A stretch of DNA of 49,175 nucleotides from Microbacteriaceae bacterium (GTDB lineage Bacteria; Actinomycetota; Actinomycetes; Actinomycetales; Microbacteriaceae): the NCBI GenBank assembly GCA_035556395.1, contig DATMFB010000014.1, forward strand, positions 1 through 49,175. Reading direction: 5' to 3'. Shown here piece by piece: positions 1 through 8,882 of the stretch; position 1 is the first letter of the stretch; each line of letters begins with the position of its first letter. The notes under the pieces were generated by a model. It did not search any database, had not been told where the DNA came from, and saw nothing but the letters and a program-made list of their open reading frames with translations. A program made the translations under genes and the position numbers.

Positions 1-312
1 GAGCAGCGCCTCGAGCGCGCGGGGGTGGGCCGCATTGTCGTGGCCGAGGAACCAGTACCAATCGGTCGGCTCGGGCCCCGCGGCGCGGCCGAGCGCGAGG
101 TCGATGACCTGCGCGAGCGAGCCCTTCTTGGCGCTCACGATGAGCGCGCCGGGCAGCTGCTGCTGCAGGATCGCGAGCGACGAGTCGCTCGAGGCCGAGT
201 CGATCGCGACGATGCGATCCGGCGGTCGCGTCTGGGCCTGCAGGGCGGCGATGGTCGCCGGCAGGTATTGCGCGCCGTTCCGGGCGACGAGGATCGCGGT
301 CACCGAAGTCAT
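1..312 (-). CDS. Glycosyltransferase family 2 protein, N-terminal fragment (gene runs off the left edge of the window)
   Basis: The reverse complement of 1..312 is open from ATG (comp. 312..310): MTSVTAILVARNGAQYLPATIAALQAQTRPPDRIVAIDSASSDSSLAILQQQLPG...WYWFLGHDNAAHP. This is a GT2-like N-terminus. GGAGG lies immediately upstream. The frame is absent from the ORF track because it is truncated. Confidence 0.6.
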   Translation of the reverse strand, partial: MTSVTAILVARNGAQYLPATIAALQAQTRPPDRIVAIDSASSDSSLAILQQQLPGALIVSAKKGSLAQVIDLALGRAAGPEPTDWYWFLGHDNAAHPRALEALL

Positions 313-417
313 ACGCCTCCGACCCTAAATCCGGGTCGCGTGCGACTCGCGAAGCCACTCCGCAGTCGGGTGTTCTGCGCCGCCCGTGCGGCGGCAGGGT
401 CGCGCGTGCCGGACGAG

Positions 418-738
418 TTAGGCGCGGCGGCGGAGCTTGCGGCGCTCACGCTCGGAGAGGCCGCCCCAGATGCCGAACCGCTCGTCGTTTTGCAGCGCGT
501 ACTCGAGGCACTCGTTCTTGACCTCGCACGTCGTGCAGATGCGCTTGGCGTCGCGGGTCGAGCCGCCCTTCTCGGGGAAGAACGCCTCGGGGTCGGTCTG
601 CGCGCAGAGCGCGTCGACCTGCCAGGCGAGGGGACTGTCATCCTCGACCTCGGCCGGGCGACGGACGCCGGGGACTCCGAGCCGGACGGGGTCGACGAAC
701 CAGTCGCCGGGCACCTGGCCTCGGATGCTGCTCGTCAT
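418..738 (-). CDS. whiB: WhiB-family (WhiB2/WhmD-like) Fe-S transcription factor
   Basis: Four-Cys pattern C-x24-C-x2-C-x5-C (ALCAQTDPEAFF...RICTTCEVKNEC), the GIWGG turn and a basic tail RERRKLRRRA. Start chosen at ATG comp. 738 because AAGGAG lies 5 nt upstream. The ORF track offers an upstream ATG at 813. Confidence 0.9.
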   Translation of the reverse strand: MTSSIRGQVPGDWFVDPVRLGVPGVRRPAEVEDDSPLAWQVDALCAQTDPEAFFPEKGGSTRDAKRICTTCEVKNECLEYALQNDERFGIWGGLSERERRKLRRRA

Positions 739-886
739 GTCGGCTCCTTCGTCGCTTCCCCGCACTGAATCTCGGTTGCGGATAATTACACCGCTGTAGT
801 TCTCCGGCGTCAAGTTCCGCGGCTATACCCGCCTCATGTCGTACTTGCGGGTTCCGACACGCCGTCCGCAGCGAATGCGGCGCTGA
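739..886 (-). promoter_or_regulatory. whiB upstream region (promoter plus 5' leader), locally A/T-richer
   Basis: 148-bp non-coding gap between the manA stop (887) and the whiB start (738). It contains the least G+C-rich stretch of this end (ggataattacaccgctgtagtt). I could not assign exact -10/-35 elements. Confidence 0.35.
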
Positions 887-1999
887 TCAGCGGGCGAGGT
901 ACAGACTGCCCGAGCCCGAGATGCGCAGCTCGCCCTCGTCAGGCGTCGCGAGAATCGCATCGCCCCGAGCGATGTCAATCGACGACTCGTCGCCGCGGAC
1001 CGTGAACGAGCCATCAGTGCAGAGGGCGATCGCCGCGCCCGCGAGCGGGATGGCGGCGTGCTCCTGGACCAGCGTGAGCGAGAAGTTCGCGGCGGGATCC
1101 TCCGGCGCGTAGCGCAACCCTCCCTCGTCGAGCGTCACCGGCTCTAGTCGCGGGACCGGGCGGGCCTCACGGTCCAGAATGCTGGCGAGCTCCGGCACGT
1201 CGATGTGCTTCGCAGTCAGACCGCCGCGCAGCACGTTGTCCGACGGGGCCATGAGCTCGATGCCGATGCCGTCCAAGTAGGCGTGGATGTTGCCTGCCGG
1301 CAGGTACAACGCCTCCCCAGGCGTCAGAACGACATGGTGCAGCAGGAGCGCGCCCGCGATCCCAGGGTCGCCGGGATACCGCTCGGCGATGCGTGCCGCG
1401 TAGGGCAGCACTCCGGGATGCACGCGGAGCGTCCGCTCGATCGCTGCGACGGCAGCTGTCGCCTGCGAGTCCGCCTCGAGCAGCCAGACGAATGCATCGC
1501 CGATGCGCTCGTCGTCGACGAGTCGGTCGACCAGCGGCCGGACGAGCTCGCGGTCACCGGTCCGTGCCACGAGATGTTCGATGTCGGCACGTGCGTCGTC
1601 CGCCGGGCGGAAGCCGCTCAGCGCTTCAAACCGGTCGGAGACCGCGATGATGATTTCGGGCTTCGGGAAGGGATCCTTGTAGTTGCGCTCCGACGCATCG
1701 AGCGCGACGCCGGCCGCGTTCTCCCGCTCGAATCCCTCGCGCGCCTGCTCGGCGTCCGGGTGCGCCTGCAGGGAGAGCGGCGAGCCCGCCGCGAGCACCT
1801 TCAGCAGAAACGGGAGCTCCGGCGCAATGTCCGCGAGGCTCCGCCCATCCCCCGTGACGCGGGCCGGCGAACCATGGTGGGTGCCGAGCCAGAGCTCCGC
1901 CTCGACCTCGTCGGTCGCGGGCCGGCCGAGCAGCCTGCTGATCGCGCCACGGCGGCCCCAGGCGTAGTCGCGGGGCGAGTTCTGGATGGTCAGGAGCAC
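887..1999 (-). CDS. manA: Mannose-6-phosphate isomerase, class I
   Basis: 370 aa. N-terminus NSPRDYAWGRRGAISRLLG...AELWLGTHHGSPARV, the Zn-ligand motif SLQAHPD, and YKDPFPKPE. Confidence 0.9.
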   Translation of the reverse strand: MLLTIQNSPRDYAWGRRGAISRLLGRPATDEVEAELWLGTHHGSPARVTGDGRSLADIAPELPFLLKVLAAGSPLSLQAHPDAEQAREGFERENAAGVALDASERNYKDPFPKPEIIIAVSDRFEALSGFRPADDARADIEHLVARTGDRELVRPLVDRLVDDERIGDAFVWLLEADSQATAAVAAIERTLRVHPGVLPYAARIAERYPGDPGIAGALLLHHVVLTPGEALYLPAGNIHAYLDGIGIELMAPSDNVLRGGLTAKHIDVPELASILDREARPVPRLEPVTLDEGGLRYAPEDPAANFSLTLVQEHAAIPLAGAAIALCTDGSFTVRGDESSIDIARGDAILATPDEGELRISGSGSLYLAR

Positions 2000-2000
2000 G

Positions 2001-2972
2001 TCAGCGCCGCCATGCCGCCCAGGCGCTCTCGACCATTTGGCGCAGATCGTTCCGCGCGCGCCATCCGACCAGGTCCGCGATCCGCTCGACGACCGCGACG
2101 ACCTGCGGCGGATCGCCCGCGCGTCGCGGCTCGACGAGGGGCTCGACGTCGATGCCGGTCACCTCTCGGACGACTCGCAGCACCTCGATCACGCTCGAGC
2201 CCGAACCGGTCCCGACGTTGAAAGCATAGTGGTCTCCCGGCGCTCCCTGGCGCCCGATCCAATCCAAGGCTGCGACATGCGCATCGGCGAGATCGACGAC
2301 ATGAATGAAGTCCCGGATGCACGTCCCGTCCGCCGTCGGATAGTCCGCGCCGAAGATGCGCGGCCGCTCGCCCGCATCGAGGCGCTCGAAGACCATCGGG
2401 ATGAGGTTCGTCGCTTGGAGGTCGCCGAGCTCCGGACGCGCAGCGCCGGCGACGTTGAAGTAGCGCAAACTCGCGGCGGGGATGCCGAGCGCGCGCGCGG
2501 TGTCCGCAGTGAGCCACTCGCCGGCGAGCTTCGACGCGCCATACGGGTTGACCGGCTGCAGCGGCGCATCCTCGCGGACGCGGGCGACCTCCGGCGAGCC
2601 GTAGACTGCGGCGGAGGAGGAGAAGAGCAGCGCGCGCAGGCCGACCTCGCGAGCCGCTGCGACCACCGTCCCGAGTTCGGCGAGATTCTCGCCGAGATAA
2701 CGCTCCGGATAGTCGACGGATTCGCCGACCTGCTTTGCGGCCGCAAGGTGGATCACCGAGTCGACCTCGTGGGTGGCCATGAACTCGGCCAGCTCGGCGG
2801 AGCGGTCGCTGCGACGCAGGTCGAGTTCGAGCACCGGCACGGTCTCAGGCACGCGGGAGGCCGACCCCGTGGAGAGGTCGTCGACGACGACGACAGGGCG
2901 GTCGACGCATTGGAGCGCGTCAACGACGTGGGCGCCGATGTACCCGGCACCACCGGTCACCAGGACTGTCAT
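2001..2972 (-). CDS. galE: UDP-glucose 4-epimerase (GalE-type SDR)
   Basis: Start at MTVLVTGGAGYIGAHVVDAL (ATG comp. 2972), which overlaps the upstream stop as ATGA. YGASKLAGE catalytic motif and GADYPTADGTCIRDFIHVVDLADAHV. The 95-aa N-terminal extension in the ORF track overlaps the upstream gene and is rejected. Confidence 0.85.
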   Translation of the reverse strand: MTVLVTGGAGYIGAHVVDALQCVDRPVVVVDDLSTGSASRVPETVPVLELDLRRSDRSAELAEFMATHEVDSVIHLAAAKQVGESVDYPERYLGENLAELGTVVAAAREVGLRALLFSSSAAVYGSPEVARVREDAPLQPVNPYGASKLAGEWLTADTARALGIPAASLRYFNVAGAARPELGDLQATNLIPMVFERLDAGERPRIFGADYPTADGTCIRDFIHVVDLADAHVAALDWIGRQGAPGDHYAFNVGTGSGSSVIEVLRVVREVTGIDVEPLVEPRRAGDPPQVVAVVERIADLVGWRARNDLRQMVESAWAAWRR

Positions 2973-3325
2973 CCGCGCGATTCCCACGGTCGCTCGGCCG
3001 CGGCGATCGCCTGCGCACGGGCGACGAGCGTGAGCTGCGCCTCGTGACGCCGCTTCTCGATCCGCGTCATGAGCACGAACCCGATGAACGCGAGGACGGT
3101 CGCATAGAGCAACAGGTCGGCACCGCGGCCCACGCCGAGCAGCTCCGCGATGGATGACAGGATCTGCGGGAAGATGATCGCCGCGACGGCGGCGAGCACG
3201 AGCAGGATCGAGCCTATTCGCCGCAGCGCCACACGCCGCTGGCCGCGACCAGGCCACAGGATCGCCAGCGCGACGATGACCACGACCGCGATGAGGACGA
3301 TCTTGATTCCGATCTGACTGTCCAC
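2969..3325 (-). CDS. Small membrane protein, DUF2304-like (Rv3632-like partner of a polyprenyl-P glycosyltransferase)
   Basis: 118 aa with about 4 hydrophobic helices (IVLIAVVVIVALAILW, ILLVLAAVAAIIF, LLLYATVLAFIGFVLM). It lies immediately downstream of, and is coupled to, the short GT2 at 3331..4011. Confidence 0.7.
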   Translation of the reverse strand: MDSQIGIKIVLIAVVVIVALAILWPGRGQRRVALRRIGSILLVLAAVAAIIFPQILSSIAELLGVGRGADLLLYATVLAFIGFVLMTRIEKRRHEAQLTLVARAQAIAAAERPWESRG

Positions 3326-3330
3326 GATCC

Positions 3331-4011
3331 CTACTTCAGTACGAGGTCGATGAGGATGTTGACCGAGTTCCAGAGCGACTGTCCCTTGGACCGGCTGTAT
3401 TCGGTGTAGATGATCTGGACGGGGATCTCAGCGACCCGCAGCTTCGCCTTCGCGATGAGTGAGACGATCTCCGAGGCGTGCGCCATCCGGTTCTGCCTGA
3501 TCTGCACCTGACCGAGCGACTCCCGCGTCAACGCCCGCAGCCCGTTGTGCGCGTCGGTCAGCCGCATCCCGGTAGTGACGTTCGTGAAGGCGATGGCCAT
3601 GCGGAGCACGACACGCTTGAGCCATCCGGCGTTCGTGCGGTCGTCGAGAAATCGCGACCCGAGAACGACGTCAACATCGCCGGCGCGGAGCCGCTCGACC
3701 GCGGCGAGCGCATCCTCGACGCGGTGCTGGCCGTCCGAGTCGAACGTGACGACGCAGCGCATACCCGGGTCCTGTCGAGCGAAGTCGAAACCGGTCTGCA
3801 GCGCAGCGCCTTGTCCGAGATTGATTGGGTGGCGCACGACCACCGCACCCGCGGACTCGGCGAGCGCCGCCGAGTCGTCGGTCGAACCGTCGTCGACGCA
3901 AACGACGTTCGGGAACACCGGCAGCACGTGCTCGATGACGTCCGCGATGACCGCCGCCTCGTTGTACAACGGCACGACGAGCCAGACGTCGTCGGTCCCG
4001 TTGCGCGGCAT
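3331..4011 (-). CDS. Short GT2 glycosyltransferase, polyprenyl-phosphate sugar synthase type (PpgS/Rv3631-like)
   Basis: 226 aa. VVPLYNEAAVI, VDDGSTDDS, FDSDGQHRVEDA (D-x-D-G-Q-H), and the C-terminal IIYTEYSRSKGQSLWNSVNILIDL. Paired with a DUF2304-like gene. Confidence 0.8.
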   Translation of the reverse strand: MPRNGTDDVWLVVPLYNEAAVIADVIEHVLPVFPNVVCVDDGSTDDSAALAESAGAVVVRHPINLGQGAALQTGFDFARQDPGMRCVVTFDSDGQHRVEDALAAVERLRAGDVDVVLGSRFLDDRTNAGWLKRVVLRMAIAFTNVTTGMRLTDAHNGLRALTRESLGQVQIRQNRMAHASEIVSLIAKAKLRVAEIPVQIIYTEYSRSKGQSLWNSVNILIDLVLK

Positions 4012-4064
4012 GCGCGAGAGTCTACTGGCGCTGGTATCAGCGGGCTTTCTGAGAGGATGGCGGG

Positions 4065-5096
4065 GTGACCAAGCGCGCGCTCATCACCGGCATCACCGGG
4101 CAGGACGGTTCCTATCTCGCTGAGCTGCTGCTCTCGAAGGGCTACGAGGTGCACGGTGTGATCCGACGCGCGTCGACCTTCAACACCGCGCGCATCGACC
4201 ACCTCTACGTCGACCCGCACGACCCCGCTGCGCGGCTCTTCCTGCACTACGGCGACCTCTCCGACGGGTCGAGGCTCGTCACGCTGCTGCAGGAGATCGA
4301 TCCGGACGAGGTCTACAATCTCGCGGCGCAGTCCCACGTGCGCGTGAGCTTCGACGAGCCCGAGCACACCGCGGATACCACCGGCACCGGCACGATCCGC
4401 CTGCTCGAGGCCGTGCGGCTGGCCGGCGTCAAGACCCGGTTCTACCAGGCGTCGTCCTCCGAGCTCTACGGCGCGACGCCGCCGCCGCAATCGGAGACGA
4501 CCCCGTTCTATCCGCGCTCCCCGTACGCCGCGGCGAAGCTCTATAGTTTCTGGATCACGAAGAACTATCGGGAGGCATACGGTCTCTTCGCGACGAATGG
4601 CATCCTCTTCAATCACGAGTCGCCGCGCCGTGGCGAGACGTTCGTGACCAGGAAGATCACCCGCGCGGTCGCCCGGATTGCAGCCGGCATGCAGACGGAT
4701 CTCTATCTCGGAAATCTCGATGCGATCCGCGACTGGGGCTACGCGCCCGAGTACGTCGAGGGCATGTGGCGGATGCTCCAGGCCGACGAGCCGGACGATT
4801 TCGTGCTCGCGACCGGGATCGGCCACACGATCAGGGACTTCCTTGAGGCGTCATTCGGTCACGTCGGACTCGACTGGCACGACTACGTGCGATTCGACGA
4901 GAAGTACCTGCGGCCGACCGAGGTCGACGCGCTCATCGGCGACGCGTCGAAGGCGGCGCAGACGCTCGGCTGGACGCCGACGGTCGACGGACTCGCGCTC
5001 GCCCGAATCATGGTCGACGCAGATGTCGCGGCACTCGCGCACGAGGGACGGCACTGGATCGACACTCCGGAGCTCTCCGGCTGGGGCCCCGCGTGA
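4065..5096 (+). CDS. gmd: GDP-mannose 4,6-dehydratase
   Basis: 343 aa, GTG start. [51 protein letters not shown], and [17 protein letters not shown]. Confidence 0.95.
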   Translation: MTKRALITGITGQDGSYLAELLLSKGYEVHGVIRRASTFNTARIDHLYVDPHDPAARLFLHYGDLSDGSRLVTLLQEIDPDEVYNLAAQSHVRVSFDEPEHTADTTGTGTIRLLEAVRLAGVKTRFYQASSSELYGATPPPQSETTPFYPRSPYAAAKLYSFWITKNYREAYGLFATNGILFNHESPRRGETFVTRKITRAVARIAAGMQTDLYLGNLDAIRDWGYAPEYVEGMWRMLQADEPDDFVLATGIGHTIRDFLEASFGHVGLDWHDYVRFDEKYLRPTEVDALIGDASKAAQTLGWTPTVDGLALARIMVDADVAALAHEGRHWIDTPELSGWGPA

Positions 5097-6094
5097 GGAG
5101 TGAAGCGGACGGGCCGCGCGTCCACGACGACGTCGACTACTCGCCCGGTCCGCTGGATCGAGACGCGACGTTCTACGTTGCAGGCCATCGGGGGCTGGTC
5201 GGCTCCGCGATCGTACGCAAGCTCGAGGCCGAGGGATTCGGCGATATCGTCGGACGCACCTCCTCCGAACTCGATCTGAAGGACCGCGATGCCGTCTTCG
5301 CGTTCTTCGCCGAGACGAGGCCGCGCTATGTCGCGCTCGCTGCCGCCAAGGTGGGCGGGATCGTCGCGAACAACACCTACCCCGTCGAGTTCCTCTCCGA
5401 GAACATCCAGATCCAGACGAACGTCATCGACGCGGCCCTCGCAACCGACGTCGATCGGCTGCTCTTCCTCGGCTCGTCCTGCATCTACCCCAAGTTCGCG
5501 CCGCAGCCGATTCGCGAGGATGCGCTGCACACCGGCTACCTCGAGCACACGAATGACGCGTATGCGATTGCGAAGATCGCGGGAATCATGCACATCCAGG
5601 CGGTGCGGCGCGAGTACGGGAAGGCCTGGATCTCTGCGATGCCCACGAACCTGTACGGGCCGAACGACAACTTCAATCCGCAGGGCTCGCACGTGCTCCC
5701 CGCGCTCATCCGGCGCTATGCCGAAGCCGTCGAGACCGGCGCCGAGTCGGTAACGAACTGGGGCACCGGAAGCCCGCGCCGCGAGTTCCTCCACGTCGAC
5801 GACATGGCCGACGCGAGCCTGCATCTCCTCGAGCACTACGACGGACCGCAGCAGGTCAACGTCGGCACGGGGTCAGATGTCACGATCCGCGAGATCGCCG
5901 AGACTATCGCGCATGTCGTCGGCTTCGACGGCGAAAGCGTGTGGGACACATCGAAGCCGGACGGCACGCCGCAGAAGCTGCTCGACGTCTCGAAGCTCGC
6001 GGACGCCGGCTGGCGCGCGAAGATCGACCTCGAGACGGGCCTGCGCTCGACGATCGACTGGTTCTACGAGCACGAACGGTCGCTGCGCGACTGA
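5093..6094 (+). CDS. fcl: GDP-L-fucose synthase (GDP-4-keto-6-deoxymannose 3,5-epimerase/4-reductase)
   Basis: GTGA start/stop overlap with gmd. [16 protein letters not shown] and [42 protein letters not shown]. Confidence 0.92.
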   Translation: MRSEADGPRVHDDVDYSPGPLDRDATFYVAGHRGLVGSAIVRKLEAEGFGDIVGRTSSELDLKDRDAVFAFFAETRPRYVALAAAKVGGIVANNTYPVEFLSENIQIQTNVIDAALATDVDRLLFLGSSCIYPKFAPQPIREDALHTGYLEHTNDAYAIAKIAGIMHIQAVRREYGKAWISAMPTNLYGPNDNFNPQGSHVLPALIRRYAEAVETGAESVTNWGTGSPRREFLHVDDMADASLHLLEHYDGPQQVNVGTGSDVTIREIAETIAHVVGFDGESVWDTSKPDGTPQKLLDVSKLADAGWRAKIDLETGLRSTIDWFYEHERSLRD

Positions 6095-6124
6095 CACGAG
6101 GCCACGCAATACCGCCTCTCCGGC

Positions 6125-6865
6125 TCAGTGCTTGCGTCGACCCTTCAGCAGCCACCAGACGAAGTACTTGGCTTGCGCAGGCAGCGCGGAGACGCGCCGT
6201 CGACGTCGACGCCCCGAGGCATCGGCCGGCACATCCTCCGCGCGCATCCAGAGCGCGTCGCCCCAGCCGACCCGCCACAGGAGGTACGAGTCGACGAGCA
6301 CGAATCCGCGAGCGACGAGCATCGCATCGAGGTCCGCGAACCGCGCGCCGCCGCTGTAGATCTCGCGGACGTTGACCTCGGAGTAGATGGCACGGACCTT
6401 GTCGAGCTGCGCGCCGAAGCCGCGCAGGACATGGAGCTCGGCTCCCTGGACATCCAGGTTGACGAGATCGATGCGCTCGAAGCGCTCGAGTCGAAGCGCC
6501 TCGTCGGCCCTCTGCGTCACGAAGCTGCGGACGCGAGTCACCTCGATGTCGGGATAGAGCTCCTTGGAGTCCTTGAGGTCGAGCGCACTGCTCGCCTGCG
6601 TGTTGTTCGTCTCCTTGAACTCGATGGTCTCGCCGGCACGGTCCCACAGAACCGCATTCACGACCTCGTGGTTCGGGAGGTCTCGGGTCTTGGCCCGCAC
6701 CTCGGCGGCCTTCTCGGGGAGCGCGTCGACCCAGACGGTCGCCGCGTCGCCCCAGCCGAGGTCGCGGTAGTCCCCGAGCTCCTCGGCCTCGTGCGCTCCG
6801 ATGTGCACGATGACTCGAGGGTCGATTCCCCAGATCCGTTTGAGCAGTTGCGGCGCGATCAGCAT
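6125..6865 (-). CDS. FkbM-family SAM-dependent methyltransferase
   Basis: Start taken at MLIAPQLLKRIWGIDPRVIVHIGAHEAEE (ATG comp. 6865). IDLVNLDVQGAELHVLRGFG matches the FkbM-type motif. The upstream 74 codons in the ORF track are Arg/Pro-rich and overlap the divergent gene. Confidence 0.78.
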   Translation of the reverse strand: MLIAPQLLKRIWGIDPRVIVHIGAHEAEELGDYRDLGWGDAATVWVDALPEKAAEVRAKTRDLPNHEVVNAVLWDRAGETIEFKETNNTQASSALDLKDSKELYPDIEVTRVRSFVTQRADEALRLERFERIDLVNLDVQGAELHVLRGFGAQLDKVRAIYSEVNVREIYSGGARFADLDAMLVARGFVLVDSYLLWRVGWGDALWMRAEDVPADASGRRRRRRVSALPAQAKYFVWWLLKGRRKH

Positions 6866-6921
6866 GTCCCTGGCAGTGTATCGATCGGCGCACCCCGGGC
6901 ACGGCTGCCTAGAATTGCCCC

Positions 6922-7725
6922 GTGCCAGCCGAACCCGTCGTCTCCGTCGTGGTTCCTGCGCACCGGGTCGATGCATGGCTCGATCGTGCCGTCGGCTCGG
7001 TCCTTGCGAGCACGGACATCGATCTCGAGCTGATCGTCGTGTTCGACGGGATCGCCGAGGCCGCACCGCTGTGGTCGACGGATCCACGAGTACGACTCGT
7101 CTTCCGCCCCGTGAGCGGCGGACCGTCCGTCGCGATGCAGGACGGGGTGGATGTCGCCAGTGGCACCTACATCGCGCGGCTCGATTCCGACGACCTCACG
7201 GATCCGGAGCGCCTCGCCGTGCAGGTCGCGCACCTCGACGCGCACCCCGACACCGTCGCGGTCGCCGCACTGGTCCGCATCATCGACGAGGACGACCGGG
7301 TCACGGGTTCGTTGACGGCACCCGTGGGAGACGACGTCCGGAGGCGCCTGCTCCTCTACAACTTCATCGCGCACTCGACCGTGATGTTCCGCAGGGACGC
7401 CGCCCTGCGGATCGGTGGCTACGACCGCGCGTTGCGCGTCATGGAGGACTACGAGTTCCTCCTGCGCCTCGCCACGCTCGGTCCGATCGCGCAGCTCGAC
7501 CGGCGTCTCGTCGGCTACCGGCTCCACACGGGTCAGACGAGCCACTCGATCGCGCTTCGCGGCCCGCACATCGACGCTGTCCTCGCGGGTCGTCGCGCAC
7601 TGGCCGGTGCGCTGGGCGTCGGCCGGGTCGCGACCTGGGCCCGCGACGCGCTCTGGGGCGCGACGCGACGCTGGCGCGCGCGCTCGAGCGGCGCTCAGAT
7701 CGCGAGAATCAGGCCCGAGGCGTGA
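6922..7725 (+). CDS. Glycosyltransferase family 2
   Basis: 267 aa. VSVVVPAHRVDAWLDRAVGSVLAST, LIVVFDG, and ARLDSDDLTDPERL (DxD region). Confidence 0.8.
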   Translation: MPAEPVVSVVVPAHRVDAWLDRAVGSVLASTDIDLELIVVFDGIAEAAPLWSTDPRVRLVFRPVSGGPSVAMQDGVDVASGTYIARLDSDDLTDPERLAVQVAHLDAHPDTVAVAALVRIIDEDDRVTGSLTAPVGDDVRRRLLLYNFIAHSTVMFRRDAALRIGGYDRALRVMEDYEFLLRLATLGPIAQLDRRLVGYRLHTGQTSHSIALRGPHIDAVLAGRRALAGALGVGRVATWARDALWGATRRWRARSSGAQIARIRPEA

Positions 7726-8882
7726 GCGAGGCGGATCAGACGGCGGCTCGCGAGCACGTCCTCTTCGTGGTCGGGGTCTACGCCCCGATGATCGGCGGAG
7801 TCGAGTCGCATGTCGCCCATCTCGCGACGGCGCTGCGCGCCGCCGGCCACGGAGTGACGATCGCGACGATCACCGGCCATCCTTCGGACCAGGACGAGGA
7901 CGGCATCCGCGTCGTCAGGTATCCCCGGCGTTTCGACGTCGGCGGCATCGTCGCGTTCCCCCCGCTCGGGACCGCTCGCCGCCTGGCGCGCCTGGCTCGC
8001 GAGCACGGTGTGACCGCGGTCTCGACGCACACGCGACTCTTCCCCATGTCGTTCGTCGGCTGGCGGGTCGCTCGCCGCGCCGGCGTGCCGCATCTGCACA
8101 CCGAGCACGGCTCGGATCACGTCCGGGGCGTGTCCCGGCTGGTCGGGATCGCGAGCAGGATCGTCGACGCGACGATGGGCCGCTTCATCCTGCGGCACGC
8201 AGATCGTGTCGTGGGCGTGTCAGAGGCGGTCGTCGCGTTCGTCCGTCGGCTCGCGGGTGTCGGCGCTGACGTGTTCTACAACGCGATTGACACGACGACC
8301 TGGCGGCTCGGCAGCTCCGAGAGCCCGCCGACGGCACCTCGTCGCGCAGTATTCGTCGGGCGCATGGTGCCTGGCAAGGGCTGGGACGACTTCACCGCGG
8401 CATTCGCACTCGTCGCGCGGGACCTCGGGCCGGACGTCGTCGAGGGACATCTCCTCGGCGGGGGGCCCGACCTCGAGGACTGCCGTCGTGCCGTCGCGGT
8501 GGCGGGGCTCTCAGACCAGGTGACCGTGCACGGCGCCGTGCCGCCCGTCCTCGTCCGTGCACTGCTTGCGAACGCGGTGCTCGTCAATCCGACGCAGCTC
8601 GCGGAGGGATTCCAGACGACCCTGCTCGAGGCGCTCGCGGTCGGCGCCGAGATCGTTTCGTATCCCGTACCCGGTCTCGACGCGCTCGCCGCCGATGGCG
8701 CACCAGTGACGGTCGTCCCTGTCGGTGATCTGTCCGGCCTCGCTCATGCAATCCGCGACGCCGTCCGTGCGCCGCGTCCGCCTATGCCATCCGAGCAGCT
8801 GGACGCCTGGTCGTGGGAGCGTCGTGCCGGCGAGTACGTGCAGGTGATCGCGACAGCCCGCACGCATGCGGCTCAGCCGTAG
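7722..8882 (+). CDS. Glycosyltransferase family 4 (GT-B, GT1/GT4-type)
   Basis: GTG at 7722 overlaps the upstream TGA (GTGA). HVLFVVGVYAPMIGGVESHVAHLATALRAAGHGVTI and the C-terminal E-x7-E region EGFQTTLLEALAVGAEIV. The 5' 920 nt of ORF 6801..8882 is rejected because it overlaps the GT2 in another frame. Confidence 0.8.
   Translation: MSEADQTAAREHVLFVVGVYAPMIGGVESHVAHLATALRAAGHGVTIATITGHPSDQDEDGIRVVRYPRRFDVGGIVAFPPLGTARRLARLAREHGVTAVSTHTRLFPMSFVGWRVARRAGVPHLHTEHGSDHVRGVSRLVGIASRIVDATMGRFILRHADRVVGVSEAVVAFVRRLAGVGADVFYNAIDTTTWRLGSSESPPTAPRRAVFVGRMVPGKGWDDFTAAFALVARDLGPDVVEGHLLGGGPDLEDCRRAVAVAGLSDQVTVHGAVPPVLVRALLANAVLVNPTQLAEGFQTTLLEALAVGAEIVSYPVPGLDALAADGAPVTVVPVGDLSGLAHAIRDAVRAPRPPMPSEQLDAWSWERRAGEYVQVIATARTHAAQP

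Noticed and set aside
379-395. Hairpin GCCGCCcgtgcGGCGGC downstream of the whiB stop as a possible intrinsic terminator
   Set aside because: The stem is only 6 bp and no U-run follows it on the minus strand. Sequences like this arise by chance in G+C-rich DNA.
25-768. 247-aa plus-strand ORF at the left edge
   Set aside because: It overlaps the WhiB CDS and the truncated GT2 CDS on the opposite strand and spans their intergenic region. It has low-complexity Arg/Ala/Gly composition and no motif.
6801-7721. Long N-terminal extensions offered by the ORF track for several real genes: 6801..7721, 11624..12574, 10256..10993, 17814..18548, 21326..21754, 23139..23453, 25479..25769, 27425..27652, 42771..43379, 36073..36300, 2973..3257 and 6866..7087
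   Set aside because: Each extension overlaps the neighbouring gene, is Arg/Pro/Ser-rich, and precedes an internal start that begins the recognisable domain. These internal starts often have an RBS or an ATGA/GTGA coupling overlap. I used the internal starts. Some exact starts, especially 21325 and 44733, remain uncertain.
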